This document shows positions 1 to 10,133 of a stretch of DNA of 64,000 nucleotides, piece after piece. Both the position numbers and the translations under genes were made by a program. The stretch is from Acidobacteriota bacterium (GTDB lineage Bacteria; Acidobacteriota; Thermoanaerobaculia; Gp7-AA8): NCBI GenBank assembly GCA_019244185.1, contig JAFATB010000019.1:160001-224000 (forward strand), given 5' to 3'. Below the pieces are notes generated by a model, which was given only the letters and a program-made list of their open reading frames with translations, made no database searches and had not been told where the DNA came from. The first letter of the stretch is position 1; the number at the start of each line of letters is the position of its first letter.

Positions 1-983
1 ATCGTGCGCGCGGCGTTGAGCGTCATCTGATCGACTTCGTCGACGAGCGTCACGAGGCGCGCGTTCGAGTCGTCGAACCACGCGTTGCGGTTGAAGCGGA
101 TCGGGTTCGCGCGATTGAGCGCGAGATACGGCGCGATCGTCAGCTGCCGCGTGCGCAGGAAGAGCGGCGCGAAGCCGACGCGCACGGACACGGTGTCAAT
201 GGTCGTGTCGTTGCCGATGGCGATGAAGTCGGCGCCGTTGCTCACCAGCCACTTGCCGGGGATGGCCAGGCGCTCGACCGCGCGCGGCGCCGCGGAGTTC
301 GTGATGTCGAACGCGTAGAGGCCGGTCTCGGAGATGCCCATGAGCAGCCCGGAGTTGAAGGCGACGTCGTTCCAGCCGAGGGGCGCGATGCCGGCGAATG
401 GACGGATGTTCGAGCTGATCGAGCTGACGAACGTCGGCGCGACAGTGGGCGTGCTGATGTCGAAGAGATCGATCTGGTTCGAGCAGAGCGACGTGCCTTT
501 CGGATAGCACGGCAGATCGGTGGACGGATAGAGACCGGCGAGGCGGTTGTTCGCCGCGGCGAGGCGGCGGTAGTGCAGCCCCGGCGTGCGCGCGACGAGG
601 ATCGGCGCGTTGCCGCCCGAGCGGACGTTGCGCAGGTCGTAGACCTCGAGGCCGGCCTCGCTGCTGAGATAGAGGAAGCCGTTGTTGAACGCGACGCCGC
701 CTTCGGTCTCGCGCGCGCCGAGGGAGCCGATGAAGTCCTCGCGCGCGATCTGCAGGTTGCCGACGTCGTTCACGGTGTACGTCGACAGCACGTTGCCGCG
801 CAACGCGAAGACGGTGTTGCCGCTGCGGAACACGCCGTGCGGCGAGAGATCGAAATCGGTCGACGCGGGATTCACATCCGCGAGCGAGAGCGGACACTCC
901 GCGATCAGATGATCCGCGTACAGAAATGGAGCGGAGAAGACGAGCAGCACGACGACCAAAGCGACCCGTGAACACACACGCAT
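1..983 (-). CDS. Secreted hypothetical protein, probable beta-propeller (LVIVD-like); 3' end outside window
   Basis: ATG at 983 reads MRVCSRVALVVVLLVFSAPFLYAD (signal peptide), with repeated 'GGVAFNNGFLYL...GLEVYDL' and 'DVAFNSGLL...GLYAFDI' blades. It runs off the window edge, so it is absent from the ORF track. Confidence 0.7.
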   Translation of the reverse strand, partial: MRVCSRVALVVVLLVFSAPFLYADHLIAECPLSLADVNPASTDFDLSPHGVFRSGNTVFALRGNVLSTYTVNDVGNLQIAREDFIGSLGARETEGGVAFNNGFLYLSSEAGLEVYDLRNVRSGGNAPILVARTPGLHYRRLAAANNRLAGLYPSTDLPCYPKGTSLCSNQIDLFDISTPTVAPTFVSSISSNIRPFAGIAPLGWNDVAFNSGLLMGISETGLYAFDITNSAAPRAVERLAIPGKWLVSNGADFIAIGNDTTIDTVSVRVGFAPLFLRTRQLTIAPYLALNRANPIRFNRNAWFDDSNARLVTLVDEVDQMTLNAART

Positions 984-1178
984 AAAGCCTCCCGTAAGCA
1001 CACCCGTGACGCCCGGCGTCCCCGCGCGCGTAGCGTCTCCACGATTCGCGGACACCGGCCGTTGACGATGGCGCGGCCCCGCTCCAATGAGCAGTCCAAG
1101 TTCGTCTTGGGAGCTAAGTGTGTCGCAAGTCGTGATTTTTTTGCAAGATCGGCCCGCCGTGTATCATGGACGCGGACA

Positions 1179-1763
1179 ATGCTCGACGGACATGTGCTGG
1201 TACTGAATCGCGTGTTTCAGGCCGTGCAAATCACGTCGGTGCGGCGCGCGCTGACGCTTCTGTACAAAGGACAGGTGCGAGCGGTCGACTCGGAGTATCG
1301 CACCTACGACTTCGAGATCTGGGCGGACATCCCCGTGCAGCCCAGCGATCATTATGTCCAGACGCCCAGCCGGAACATCCTCATTCCGCACGTCGTGCAG
1401 CTGCTCGCCTTCGACCGCCTGCCGCGGCAGGAAGTGAAGTTCTCGCGCGGCAACATCTATCTGCGCGACCAGAACCGCTGCCAGTACTGCGGGAAGAAGT
1501 TCCCCTCGTCCGAGCTCTCGCTCGATCACGTCATCCCCATCTCGCGCGGCGGCAAGTCGACGTGGGAGAACGTCGTCTGCGCGTGCCTGCCGTGCAACGT
1601 GCGCAAAGGCAACAAGCTCCTCCACGAAAGCGACATGCGCCTCATCCGCCTGCCGCACCGCCCGAAGTGGCATCCGCTGCACCGGCTGCAAGGGAGGACG
1701 TATCCGGAGATCTGGAAGAACTTTTTGGATGAGGCGTACTGGAACGTCGAGCTTCGATCTTAG
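1179..1763 (+). CDS. HNH endonuclease (McrA/HNH_5-like)
   Basis: VLVLN N-terminus; RD..CQYCG, LDHVIPISRGG, WENVVCACLPCNVRKGN motifs. Confidence 0.92.
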   Translation: MLDGHVLVLNRVFQAVQITSVRRALTLLYKGQVRAVDSEYRTYDFEIWADIPVQPSDHYVQTPSRNILIPHVVQLLAFDRLPRQEVKFSRGNIYLRDQNRCQYCGKKFPSSELSLDHVIPISRGGKSTWENVVCACLPCNVRKGNKLLHESDMRLIRLPHRPKWHPLHRLQGRTYPEIWKNFLDEAYWNVELRS

Positions 1764-1830
1764 GGACCGGGCAACGTATGCGGATGGACGGGCGCTTTGG
1801 CGCCCGTTCGTGTTTGGGGCGCCCGGCGTA

Positions 1831-1937
1831 GGAATGAAGAACGCAGAACGCAGAATGAAGAATTGAGAAGAGAGCCCGCCCGCGCGGCGTCGTTCTTTTT
1901 CTACGTTCTTCATTCTGCGTTCTGCGTTCTTCATTCC
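1831..1937. repeat. Perfect 32-bp inverted repeat built from 7-nt AGAANNN units
   Basis: GGAATGAAGAACGCAGAACGCAGAATGAAGAA (1831-1862) and its exact reverse complement (1906-1937). Confidence 0.9.
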
Positions 1938-2038
1938 GGTTTCTGTGCGGCCGCGCTGAAGCGCGCCTAAGCACCTGCAAACGCGCGTCTTCCTTCTTTG
2001 GATCACTTCTTGCTCTTGCGTCCTCCCCGGAGTACGCG

Positions 2039-2332
2039 ATGACGTTGGTGAACTCTCTTTGTGCGGAGATCAGTGTGTTTCAGGGGATCGGCGAGTCGAC
2101 CGGCATCGTCGTCGAGCGGAGCGCCATCCGCGGGAAGAAGGGGCTCTGCAAGAGCATGCGCGATCTGGCGATCAAGTCGCGCGTCCTCGGCGACGGCTAC
2201 TACTACATCCCGATCGACCTCTGGCCGAAAGCAAAAGAGCCGGTGACGGTGCACAAACACGACTGGACGGTCATCAGCTCGATCCCGCGGACGACCCGCA
2301 TCGGCAAGAAGCGGCGCGCCGCGAGCGAGTGA
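2039..2332 (+). CDS. Small hypothetical protein
   Basis: 97-aa ORF with GGAG upstream and host-like codon usage. Confidence 0.7.
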   Translation: MTLVNSLCAEISVFQGIGESTGIVVERSAIRGKKGLCKSMRDLAIKSRVLGDGYYYIPIDLWPKAKEPVTVHKHDWTVISSIPRTTRIGKKRRAASE

Positions 2333-2397
2333 CCGCGCGGCGGGTACGCCGCGTGCAGCCGCGACCTTCCGACAATCGAATGGGAGTGTGACTTCAC

Positions 2398-3579
2398 ATG
2401 AAACTGTGGAAAGTGTTTCTCCTCGCGCTGGCGATCGCCGCCCCGCTGTCGGCGCAAACCGAAGAAGGTCCGGGACAGGCGCAGGGCGCCGCCGTCGACA
2501 CGACGGGCCGCGGCTACAGCGCCGCGTACGTCATCGAGACCTCGACCAAGCAGCCGCTCTTCGCGCTCAACGAACATCAGCCGCTGCCGACGGCCTCGAT
2601 GGCGAAGATGATGACGCTGCTCATCACCATGGAGGAGATCCGCGACGGACGCCTCAAGTACGACACGCCGGTCACGGTCTCGGCGCGCGCGTCGAAGATG
2701 GGCGGCTCGCAGGTCTACCTGCGCGCGGGCTCGGTATGGCCCGTGAAAAACCTCATCATCGCCACGATGGTGCAGTCGGCGAACGATGCTGCCGAGGCGC
2801 TCGCGGAGAAGATCGCCGGGTCGGCGGAGAACTTCGCCGACATGATGAACCAGCGCGCGCAGGAGCTCGGGCTCACGCACTCGCACTTCTACGATCCGCA
2901 CGGCCTGCCGAACTCGAAGGATCCGACGCACATCAACACGATGTGCCCGCACGACCTCGCCATCCTCGGCATGGAAGTCATGAAGTACCAGCTTCTCCGC
3001 GATCTCGCGAAGACGCCGGAAATGCCGTTCCGCAACGGCACGCTCGAGAAGATCTACAACCCGAACCACCTCATCAATCCGCGCAAGGCGAATTACATGG
3101 AAGACGCGACCGGCATCAAGACCGGTTACTCCGGCCCCGCCGGCTACTGCGTCACCGCGTCCGCCAAACGCGCCGGGATGGAAGTCGTCGCGGTGGTGAT
3201 GGGCGCGAAGACCGGCGGCGGTCCGAATGGCTCGTTCGCGAATGCAGGACGCCTCATGAACGAGGCGCTCGTGAACTACCGCATGGCCACGCCCGCGAAG
3301 AAAGGCACGCAGGTCGGACAGGCGACCGTGAAGAACGGACGCGCGAAGACGGTGGCGGTCGTCGCCGGCGCCGATGCGACCGCGCTCGTGAAACGCGGCC
3401 AGGATCGCAACATCAAGATCACGTACAGCGGCGGCGAAGTGACCGCGCCGGTGAAGAAGGGACAGCAGATCGGCACCGTGCTCGTGCAGAACGGCAACGA
3501 GACGATCGCGAAGATCCCTGCGCTCGCCGCGGCCGACGTCGAGAAGCAGTCGGCGTGGAAGTCCTTCTGGCCCTTTTAG
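2398..3579 (+). CDS. dacA: D-alanyl-D-alanine carboxypeptidase (peptidase S11, PBP5-type)
   Basis: Signal peptide; SMAK, SAN and KTG motifs; PBP5 C-terminal domain. Confidence 0.92.
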   Translation: MKLWKVFLLALAIAAPLSAQTEEGPGQAQGAAVDTTGRGYSAAYVIETSTKQPLFALNEHQPLPTASMAKMMTLLITMEEIRDGRLKYDTPVTVSARASKMGGSQVYLRAGSVWPVKNLIIATMVQSANDAAEALAEKIAGSAENFADMMNQRAQELGLTHSHFYDPHGLPNSKDPTHINTMCPHDLAILGMEVMKYQLLRDLAKTPEMPFRNGTLEKIYNPNHLINPRKANYMEDATGIKTGYSGPAGYCVTASAKRAGMEVVAVVMGAKTGGGPNGSFANAGRLMNEALVNYRMATPAKKGTQVGQATVKNGRAKTVAVVAGADATALVKRGQDRNIKITYSGGEVTAPVKKGQQIGTVLVQNGNETIAKIPALAAADVEKQSAWKSFWPF

Positions 3580-4184
3580 CTGAAGACCACGCGTCGCCCT
3601 TCGACGCGCCACGCGCGCGTCGCTAACGATCGCAACGCCTCCACGTACGCGGCGTGCTCCTGACTCAGGATGCGCGCCGCAAGCGTGGAGGCGTCGTCGT
3701 CTTCATGCACCGGCACCGCGCGCTGCACGAGGATCGGTCCCGCGTCGAGCTGCTCGTCGACGAGATGCACCGTGCAGCCCGACACCTTCACGCCGTACGC
3801 GACCGCCTGCGCCTGCGCGTCGACGCCGGGAAACGCGGGCAACAGCGACGGATGGATGTTGACGATGCGATTGCGCCAGCGGGCGATGAACTCCGCGCCG
3901 AGAAGGCGCATGTAGCCCGCGAGCGCGATGAAGTCCGGCCGCGCCTCGTCGAGCACGCGCAGCACCTCGGTCTCGTGCGCCGCGCGCGAGGCGAAGAGCT
4001 TGTGATCGATCGCATGCGCCGCGTAGCCGTAGTCGCGCGCGCGCTGCAGTCCCGCGGCATCGGGACGGTTCGAGATCACGCACACGATCTGCGCCGGCAG
4101 CTCGCCGCGCGCGATCGCCTCGTGAATGGCCTGGAAGTTCGAGCCACGTCCGGAGAGCAGCACCGCGACGCGCATCACGCTCAC
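3576..4184 (-). CDS. purN: Phosphoribosylglycinamide formyltransferase
   Basis: SGRGSN, LAGYMR, NIHPSLLP and LDAGPI motifs. Confidence 0.97.
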   Translation of the reverse strand: MSVMRVAVLLSGRGSNFQAIHEAIARGELPAQIVCVISNRPDAAGLQRARDYGYAAHAIDHKLFASRAAHETEVLRVLDEARPDFIALAGYMRLLGAEFIARWRNRIVNIHPSLLPAFPGVDAQAQAVAYGVKVSGCTVHLVDEQLDAGPILVQRAVPVHEDDDASTLAARILSQEHAAYVEALRSLATRAWRVEGRRVVFS

Positions 4185-4191
4185 TCGACCC

Positions 4192-5256
4192 TTACTCGAT
4201 CCACGACGCGAAGCCGCTCGGCGGCACGTCGTACACCACGCGTCCCGAGCCCTTCACCACGTTGCCGATGAAGTAGCACGCCTGCCCGATCTGCGTGAAG
4301 TGCTGCGCCACGCGGCCGACGGCATCCGGCGCGACGATGAGCACCATGCCGATGCCCATGTTGAACACGCGCAGCATCTCGTCGCGGTCGACGTTGCCTT
4401 TCTCGAAGATCAAGCGGAACAGCGGCAGCACCGGCCACGAGCCGAGCTTGATCCGCGCGTCGAGCGTCTCCGGCAGCACGCGCGGCACGTTGTCCGTGAG
4501 GCCGCCGCCGGTGATGTGCGCGAGCGCGTGCAGCGCGCGCTCTTCGACGAGCGGCAGCAGCGGCTTGAGATACGAGATGTGCGGCGCCAGCAGCGCCTCG
4601 CCGATCTTGCCGATGCCGGGGACGATGCTCTGGTGGTCGTAGCCGAGCTGGTCGAAGAGCACCTTGCGCGCGAGCGAGTAGCCGTTCGTGTGCAGGCCGA
4701 CGGACGGCAGTCCGATCAGCACGTCGCCTTCGCGCACGGCCTTGCCGTCGATGAGCTTCGAAGCGTCGACGACGCCGAGGATGAAGCCGGCGACGTCGTA
4801 GTCATCGTCGCCGTAGAAGCCCGGCATCTCCGCGGTCTCGCCGCCGATCAGCGCGCAGCCGTTCTCGCGGCACGCGCGGGCCATGCCGCGCACGACGTCG
4901 GTCATCACCGGCGGGCGCAGCTTGCCGGTCGCGTAGTAGTCGAGGAAGAACAGCGGACGCGCGCCCTGCACGAGGATGTCGTTGACGCAGTGCGAGACGA
5001 GGTCGTAGCCGACGGTGTCGTGGATCTTCATCGCCTGCGCGACGCGCAGCTTCGTTCCGACGCCGTCGGTCGACGACACGAGGATCGGCGCATCGATGCC
5101 TTCGAACGTGCCGCGAAAGAGGCCGCCGAACGAGCCGATGTCGGAGAGCACGCCCGGCGTGTACGTGTCGCGCACGATGCGCCGCACCTCGCGCAGAGCC
5201 TCGTCCTGGGCGTCGATGTCGACGCCGGAATCGCGGTACGACGTCTTGTCCGGCAC
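4192..5256 (-). CDS. purM: AIR synthase
   Basis: YRDSGVDID, TDGVGTK, GGETAEMPG, HITGGG and FNMGIG motifs. GTG start at 5256 chosen over the track's longer ORF. Confidence 0.97.
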   Translation of the reverse strand: MPDKTSYRDSGVDIDAQDEALREVRRIVRDTYTPGVLSDIGSFGGLFRGTFEGIDAPILVSSTDGVGTKLRVAQAMKIHDTVGYDLVSHCVNDILVQGARPLFFLDYYATGKLRPPVMTDVVRGMARACRENGCALIGGETAEMPGFYGDDDYDVAGFILGVVDASKLIDGKAVREGDVLIGLPSVGLHTNGYSLARKVLFDQLGYDHQSIVPGIGKIGEALLAPHISYLKPLLPLVEERALHALAHITGGGLTDNVPRVLPETLDARIKLGSWPVLPLFRLIFEKGNVDRDEMLRVFNMGIGMVLIVAPDAVGRVAQHFTQIGQACYFIGNVVKGSGRVVYDVPPSGFASWIE

Positions 5257-5283
5257 GGGGGCGGAGTCTAGCATGTCGAATCC

Positions 5284-5736
5284 GTGGCTCAGGCTCTGCT
5301 CGTCTCCACGCTTCTCACCATTGCCGGTCTCGTCGCGACGATCGTCCTCGGCGTCCGCGCGACGCCGGCGCACGTCGCGAATCACATCATCGTCGCGCTC
5401 GCAACGGTGATCGTCGGCCTGTTCTCGCAGTCCATGACGATGTTCTTCTTCATCGGCACGGGCAAAGAACTGAAGGACAAATCCGAGCAGGACGCGCGCG
5501 TCGTGCAGCAGACCAAGGCGTTCAAGTCGCGCGTCTTCCCCGCGGCGATGTGGGCCATGGCCGCGATCATGGTGACCTTCATCATGGGCGGCGGCGTCGG
5601 CTCCGGCAAAACACCGCTGTGGCTGCACAACGCGTCGGCCGCGCTGTCGATCTTCCTCTTCGGCCGCGCGTACGTGATTCAGATCCGCGCGATGATGGAG
5701 AACGCGTCGCTGATGGAGCGCTACCTCAAGGACTGA
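5284..5736 (+). CDS. Four-TM membrane hypothetical protein
   Basis: Four hydrophobic segments; FFFIGTG motif; host codon usage. Confidence 0.75.
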   Translation: MAQALLVSTLLTIAGLVATIVLGVRATPAHVANHIIVALATVIVGLFSQSMTMFFFIGTGKELKDKSEQDARVVQQTKAFKSRVFPAAMWAMAAIMVTFIMGGGVGSGKTPLWLHNASAALSIFLFGRAYVIQIRAMMENASLMERYLKD

Positions 5737-7684
5737 CTTTGTCGAGGAGGCCGGCGGACGCGACGGCGGCGAGATACGCCTCGACGTCGGCGAGCTTCAC
5801 GTCGTCCACGCTGTAGATCGCCGCGAGGGCGTCGCGCACTTCCGAGGTCGTGCGCGTGCCGTCGACGAGATTCAGCGCCTCGTAGCGCAGCTCCGCGTCG
5901 AGTTGCAGCGGCTGCGTGACGCCGTGATCGGCGAGGTAGTCGTAGCCGAACGTGTCGAGCGGACCGCGCACTTTCGTCGAACGCCGATACACGACGCCGC
6001 TGCCGCGCGCCGGCGCTTTCGGATTGCCGAGCACCGCCGCGAGATTCGTGAGAAACGCCGCCGACTCTTTGCGCACGTCGGACGGCGCGTCGAAGAAACG
6101 CGCGAACGAATCGAACATCGCGCGCTCGTACCAGAGCTCGAACGACCGCGTGCCTTTGCGCAGCGACGTCGCGGCGCGTTCGAGCGCGTGCGTCTCGACG
6201 ACGTTCGCGAGCGTGCGCGCGTCGCTCGCGTCGATGCGCGCCAGGACGTAGCCGCTCGCCGCGGCGATGAAGCCCGCGCGCGCGAGCTTGGTGGGATCGA
6301 TGTTCGCCGGCACGTCGAAGTTCGTATGGATGTAGCGGTCGGGCCAGTCGTTGAGATAGATCGCCGGGATCGCGTACGTGCGGTCGCTGTATACCTGATG
6401 ATCGCTGCCGAGCGTGAGCGGCACGAACGACGCCTGCAACGCTTCCTTCCCGCCTTCCGGCGCGACGAGCGGCCAGCGCGCGACGCCGGTGCTCGCGAAC
6501 GCATCCGACTGTTCGTTGACCAGCATGCCGATCGTCTGCGCGATGTCGTAGATGAACGACGGCTGGCTCGATGGACCGCGCGTCACGTGAAAGATCGCCT
6601 TCGTCACCGGGCCGCCGCCGACCATGTCGAGATGGATCGCCGCCTTGATGCGCGCGGCGAGCTCGGGACGTCCGGCGAGCAGCGCGTGCGTGCCTTCGAT
6701 CTCCGGCGGATAGACGAAGCGGATCGTGCGGCGCGGCGGCGCGAGGCGTTTCTCGGCGATGAGCTTCGAGAGCGTGCGTGCGATCTCGAGCGTCGTCGCG
6801 CAGCCGCTCGCGTTGTCGTTCGCGCCGGGATGCGGATGATCGAGATGACAACTGAAGACGATCTCTTCGTTCGTCGTTCCGGGAATCGTGGCCGTGGCGA
6901 TGTCGTACGCGCCCGGCTCCTGCGCCGCGTCGACGACCGCGTGCATGCGGATCGTCTCGCCGTGCGCGAGCCGCTGCTGCAGCGCGCGTGCGGTCTTGAG
7001 CGACACCATGAACGCGAACGTCTTGAACGGCGCGAACGTCTCGAGGTGTCCCCAGCGCACGAGGTTCTCGTCCTCGCCCCACCACGCGGTCTTCTGGTTC
7101 TGCGCGTAGCTGACGATGCCGGCCGCGCCGTACTTCGCGACCGCGAGCGGCGCGACCGCGCCCGGTTGCGCCGATGCGAGGACGAGCTTTCCGCGCACGT
7201 CTTTGTTCGCGTAATCCGACTCGTGCGTGCCTTCGCCGCAGTCGACGAGCGTCGTCGTGACGTCGGCGCTCGTGCTGTCCTGCGCGAGCGTGATCGGCTC
7301 CGCGTCCCAGCTCGCGTAACGCACGACGTTCGCGCCGCTCGCATCGACTTCCCACAGCTCCGCGAAGTTCGCGTTCCACGCGGGGCGCGAGCGCTGCGTG
7401 CCGTAGAAGAGCGTGCCGTCGGCCGGGAACGACTCGAGGTGCGCGTCGGCGAGTCCGTAGCGCTTCAGCTCCGCGACGATCTGCTCCGCGGTCGCGCGAA
7501 ATCCACGCGAGCCACGCATGCGGTGCTGGCGCGAGAAGCCTTCGAGATTGCGCTTCGCCGACTCGCCGGAGATCTCCGACGCGAGCGCGGAGACTTCCTT
7601 GTCCGTCAGAAACGGCAGCGTGTCGGCGGCGAGCTGTGTGGCGGCGAGAGCGAGCGACAGCGTTGCGATCGCGATCCTGATCAT
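5726..7684 (-). CDS. Secreted M28-family aminopeptidase with PA domain (DUF4910-like)
   Basis: Signal peptide from MIRIAIAT; CHLDH, GANDNASG, PPEIEG, LDMVG, SDH and YIHT motifs. Confidence 0.85.
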   Translation of the reverse strand: MIRIAIATLSLALAATQLAADTLPFLTDKEVSALASEISGESAKRNLEGFSRQHRMRGSRGFRATAEQIVAELKRYGLADAHLESFPADGTLFYGTQRSRPAWNANFAELWEVDASGANVVRYASWDAEPITLAQDSTSADVTTTLVDCGEGTHESDYANKDVRGKLVLASAQPGAVAPLAVAKYGAAGIVSYAQNQKTAWWGEDENLVRWGHLETFAPFKTFAFMVSLKTARALQQRLAHGETIRMHAVVDAAQEPGAYDIATATIPGTTNEEIVFSCHLDHPHPGANDNASGCATTLEIARTLSKLIAEKRLAPPRRTIRFVYPPEIEGTHALLAGRPELAARIKAAIHLDMVGGGPVTKAIFHVTRGPSSQPSFIYDIAQTIGMLVNEQSDAFASTGVARWPLVAPEGGKEALQASFVPLTLGSDHQVYSDRTYAIPAIYLNDWPDRYIHTNFDVPANIDPTKLARAGFIAAASGYVLARIDASDARTLANVVETHALERAATSLRKGTRSFELWYERAMFDSFARFFDAPSDVRKESAAFLTNLAAVLGNPKAPARGSGVVYRRSTKVRGPLDTFGYDYLADHGVTQPLQLDAELRYEALNLVDGTRTTSEVRDALAAIYSVDDVKLADVEAYLAAVASAGLLDKVSP

Positions 7685-8781
7685 CAAGTCCGGTAGAGCG
7701 CGGCGCCCCAATGCAGTCCCGAGCCGAGCGCCGTGAAGCAGACCAGCATGCCCGGTTTGATACGGCCGTCCGCGAGGCACTCGTGGAAGAGGATCGGCAG
7801 CGTGCCCGCGGTCGTGTTGCCGTAGCGCTCGATGTTGTGCGGCACTTTCTCCGCCGGCAGTCCGAGCTGCTTCGCAACGCCTTCGACGATGCGCAGGTTC
7901 GCCTGATGGATGAGCAGCAGGTCGATCTGCGACGGCTCGACGCCCGCGGACGCGCAGACCTCGCGCACCGACTCCGGCATCTTCGACACCGCCTGCTTGA
8001 AGACCTCGCGCCCTTCCATCACCGGGATGTACTCGCTCGCGTCGATCTGCGCGCGATCGACGAACGGACGCCGCCGGAAGCCGACGCCGGGAACGTAAAG
8101 CGCCTCGATGTTCGAGCCGTTCGTGTAGAGCTTCGCGGCGAGAAAGCCGCGCGCGTCATCGTCCGACGCTTCGACGACGACGGCACCCGCGCCATCCCCA
8201 AAGAGTACGGTTCGGTCGCGGATCTTCGTATTCTCCGCGTACTCCTCCGGCGTCGCCTCGCGGTCGCTGCGCCCGATCGTCGCGTCCCAGTTGTTGTGCC
8301 ACGGCATGAACGGCGTGTGCACGTCCGCGCCGACGAGAAGCAGGCGCTGGTACTTGCCGCTGCGGATCAGCGAGTCGGCGAGATCGAGTCCGTACAGAAA
8401 CCCCGAGCACTGCTGCCGGATGTCGAAGGTCGGCATCGACTCGCGCAGCCCCATCTTCGCCTGCAGCACCGGACCATTTCCCGGGAAGAAGTGATCGGGC
8501 GTCATCGTGGCGAAGATGACGGCGTCGAGCTCCTCTTTCGTGCGACCCGCCTTCGCGAGCGCACCCTCGGCGGCGATGCGCCCGAGGTCCGTCGAGCCGG
8601 TGCCGGGATTGACGTAGTGGCGCTGCTCGACGCCGCTGCGCGTGCGGATCCATTCGTCCGACGTGTCCATGATCTTCGCGAGCGCGTCGTTCTTCACGAC
8701 GTTCTGCCCGACGGCGATGCCGGTGCCGGTGATGACGGATTTCACGCTCTTCACGGACGTCACAATGCCGCGATCATGCAT
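7684..8781 (-). CDS. fabH: 3-oxoacyl-ACP synthase III family
   Basis: DTSDEWI, QCSGF, FGDGAGA, HQANLRI and YGNT motifs. Exact start uncertain. Confidence 0.92.
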   Translation of the reverse strand: MHDRGIVTSVKSVKSVITGTGIAVGQNVVKNDALAKIMDTSDEWIRTRSGVEQRHYVNPGTGSTDLGRIAAEGALAKAGRTKEELDAVIFATMTPDHFFPGNGPVLQAKMGLRESMPTFDIRQQCSGFLYGLDLADSLIRSGKYQRLLLVGADVHTPFMPWHNNWDATIGRSDREATPEEYAENTKIRDRTVLFGDGAGAVVVEASDDDARGFLAAKLYTNGSNIEALYVPGVGFRRRPFVDRAQIDASEYIPVMEGREVFKQAVSKMPESVREVCASAGVEPSQIDLLLIHQANLRIVEGVAKQLGLPAEKVPHNIERYGNTTAGTLPILFHECLADGRIKPGMLVCFTALGSGLHWGAALYRT

Positions 8782-9655
8782 CGTGCTTCGCGGTGAGCGC
8801 AAGCAACTCGTCGGCGCCAAACTGGTACTTGCGTCCGCAGAACTGGCACACGACTTCGGTGCCGCCTTCGTCGATCATCTCGCGCAGGTCGTCGTCGCCC
8901 AGGAGCGCGAGCGGCGCGAGCGCGCGATCGCGCGTGCACTGGCAGGTGTAGCTCACCGGAATCGTGTAGCCCGCATCGATCTGCTTGTAGTTGACGCCGT
9001 GCAGCACCGTCGCGACGACGTCTTCGATCGGCAGCTTCTCGAGCAGCGTCGACAGCGGCGGCGCTTCTTTGATGCGCTGTTCGATCGCGGCGATCGCTTC
9101 TTCGGTCGCGTGCGGAAACGCCTGAATCACGATGCCGCCCGCGGAGGCGACGCCGTCGCGGCGATTGAGCACGCCGAGGAGCACGGCGGAGGCGATCTGC
9201 TCGGAGCGCATGAGGTAACGCGTGATGTCCGTCGCGATGCCGTTGCCGCCCAGAAGTATCTGCGACGTGTACGGCTTTCCGGCAGGAGGCGTTCCCCGGA
9301 TGACGGTGAGACTGCCGTTGCCGATGGCGCTGTCGGCGTCGAGCAGCGGATCGTCGGGAACGGGGTTGGCGACGTAGCCGCGCACGTTGCCGCCGACGCT
9401 GCCGTCCGCGATGACGGTGCCGAGCGGCCCGTTGCCTTCGAAGCGCAGCGTGACGTACTGATTGCGCACGTCTTTGTCGAGCAGACGCGCGAGCAGGAGC
9501 GAGCCGGTCATGGCGCGGCCGAGCGCATCGGCGGCGACGGGAGAGAGGTCGAGGATCTCGCGCGCGGTCTCGACGGCGGTGGTCGTCTGCGCGGCGATGA
9601 CGCGGAAGTGGCCATCGACGGCCATACCCTGGATGAGGCGGTCGTGTTCTAGCAT
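8774..9655 (-). CDS. hslO: Hsp33 redox-regulated chaperone
   Basis: ALGR, GNGPLG, SEQI and C-terminal CQC...CQFC zinc motif. Confidence 0.95.
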   Translation of the reverse strand: MLEHDRLIQGMAVDGHFRVIAAQTTTAVETAREILDLSPVAADALGRAMTGSLLLARLLDKDVRNQYVTLRFEGNGPLGTVIADGSVGGNVRGYVANPVPDDPLLDADSAIGNGSLTVIRGTPPAGKPYTSQILLGGNGIATDITRYLMRSEQIASAVLLGVLNRRDGVASAGGIVIQAFPHATEEAIAAIEQRIKEAPPLSTLLEKLPIEDVVATVLHGVNYKQIDAGYTIPVSYTCQCTRDRALAPLALLGDDDLREMIDEGGTEVVCQFCGRKYQFGADELLALTAKHDA

Positions 9656-9703
9656 TGGAACGGGAAAAACGCCGCGGCGCGCACATTGCTTCCTCCCGAA
9701 TCC

Positions 9704-10078
9704 ATGCGAACTGTGCTGCTTTCTCTGCTGCTCGTCGTCGCGGCCTGCAAGGTCGATGAGAAAGGCAACGTCAAGCCGAGTGCGGAGACGCAGACGGCGA
9801 CGGCGGCCGCGAAGGAAAACGCGAAGGAGCTCGGCGACGACCTCCAGAAAAGCACGAAGGACGCGATCACGTCCGACGCCGGCCAGCGCGTGATCGCGCA
9901 GACGAAGGACGTCGCGCGCCAGGCCGAACACGCCGCGGGCGTTGCCGCCGAGGAAACCGGCGAGGCGCTGGCGCAGAAAGGACGCGACGCGCAGAACAAC
10001 GCGCAACAGCACGCGCCCGCCACCGCCACCTCGGGAACAGTGGTCACCACGACGACGGTTACCACCACGTCGCACTGA
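9704..10078 (+). CDS. Low-complexity lipoprotein
   Basis: Lipobox VAAC after a hydrophobic leader; Ala/Thr/Gln-rich body. Confidence 0.75.
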   Translation: MRTVLLSLLLVVAACKVDEKGNVKPSAETQTATAAAKENAKELGDDLQKSTKDAITSDAGQRVIAQTKDVARQAEHAAGVAAEETGEALAQKGRDAQNNAQQHAPATATSGTVVTTTTVTTTSH

Positions 10079-10133
10079 GCATCACCGCCGCGGATTTGCT
10101 TTATTCTTCGCCGCTGGAGGGTCCCGAAAGAAA

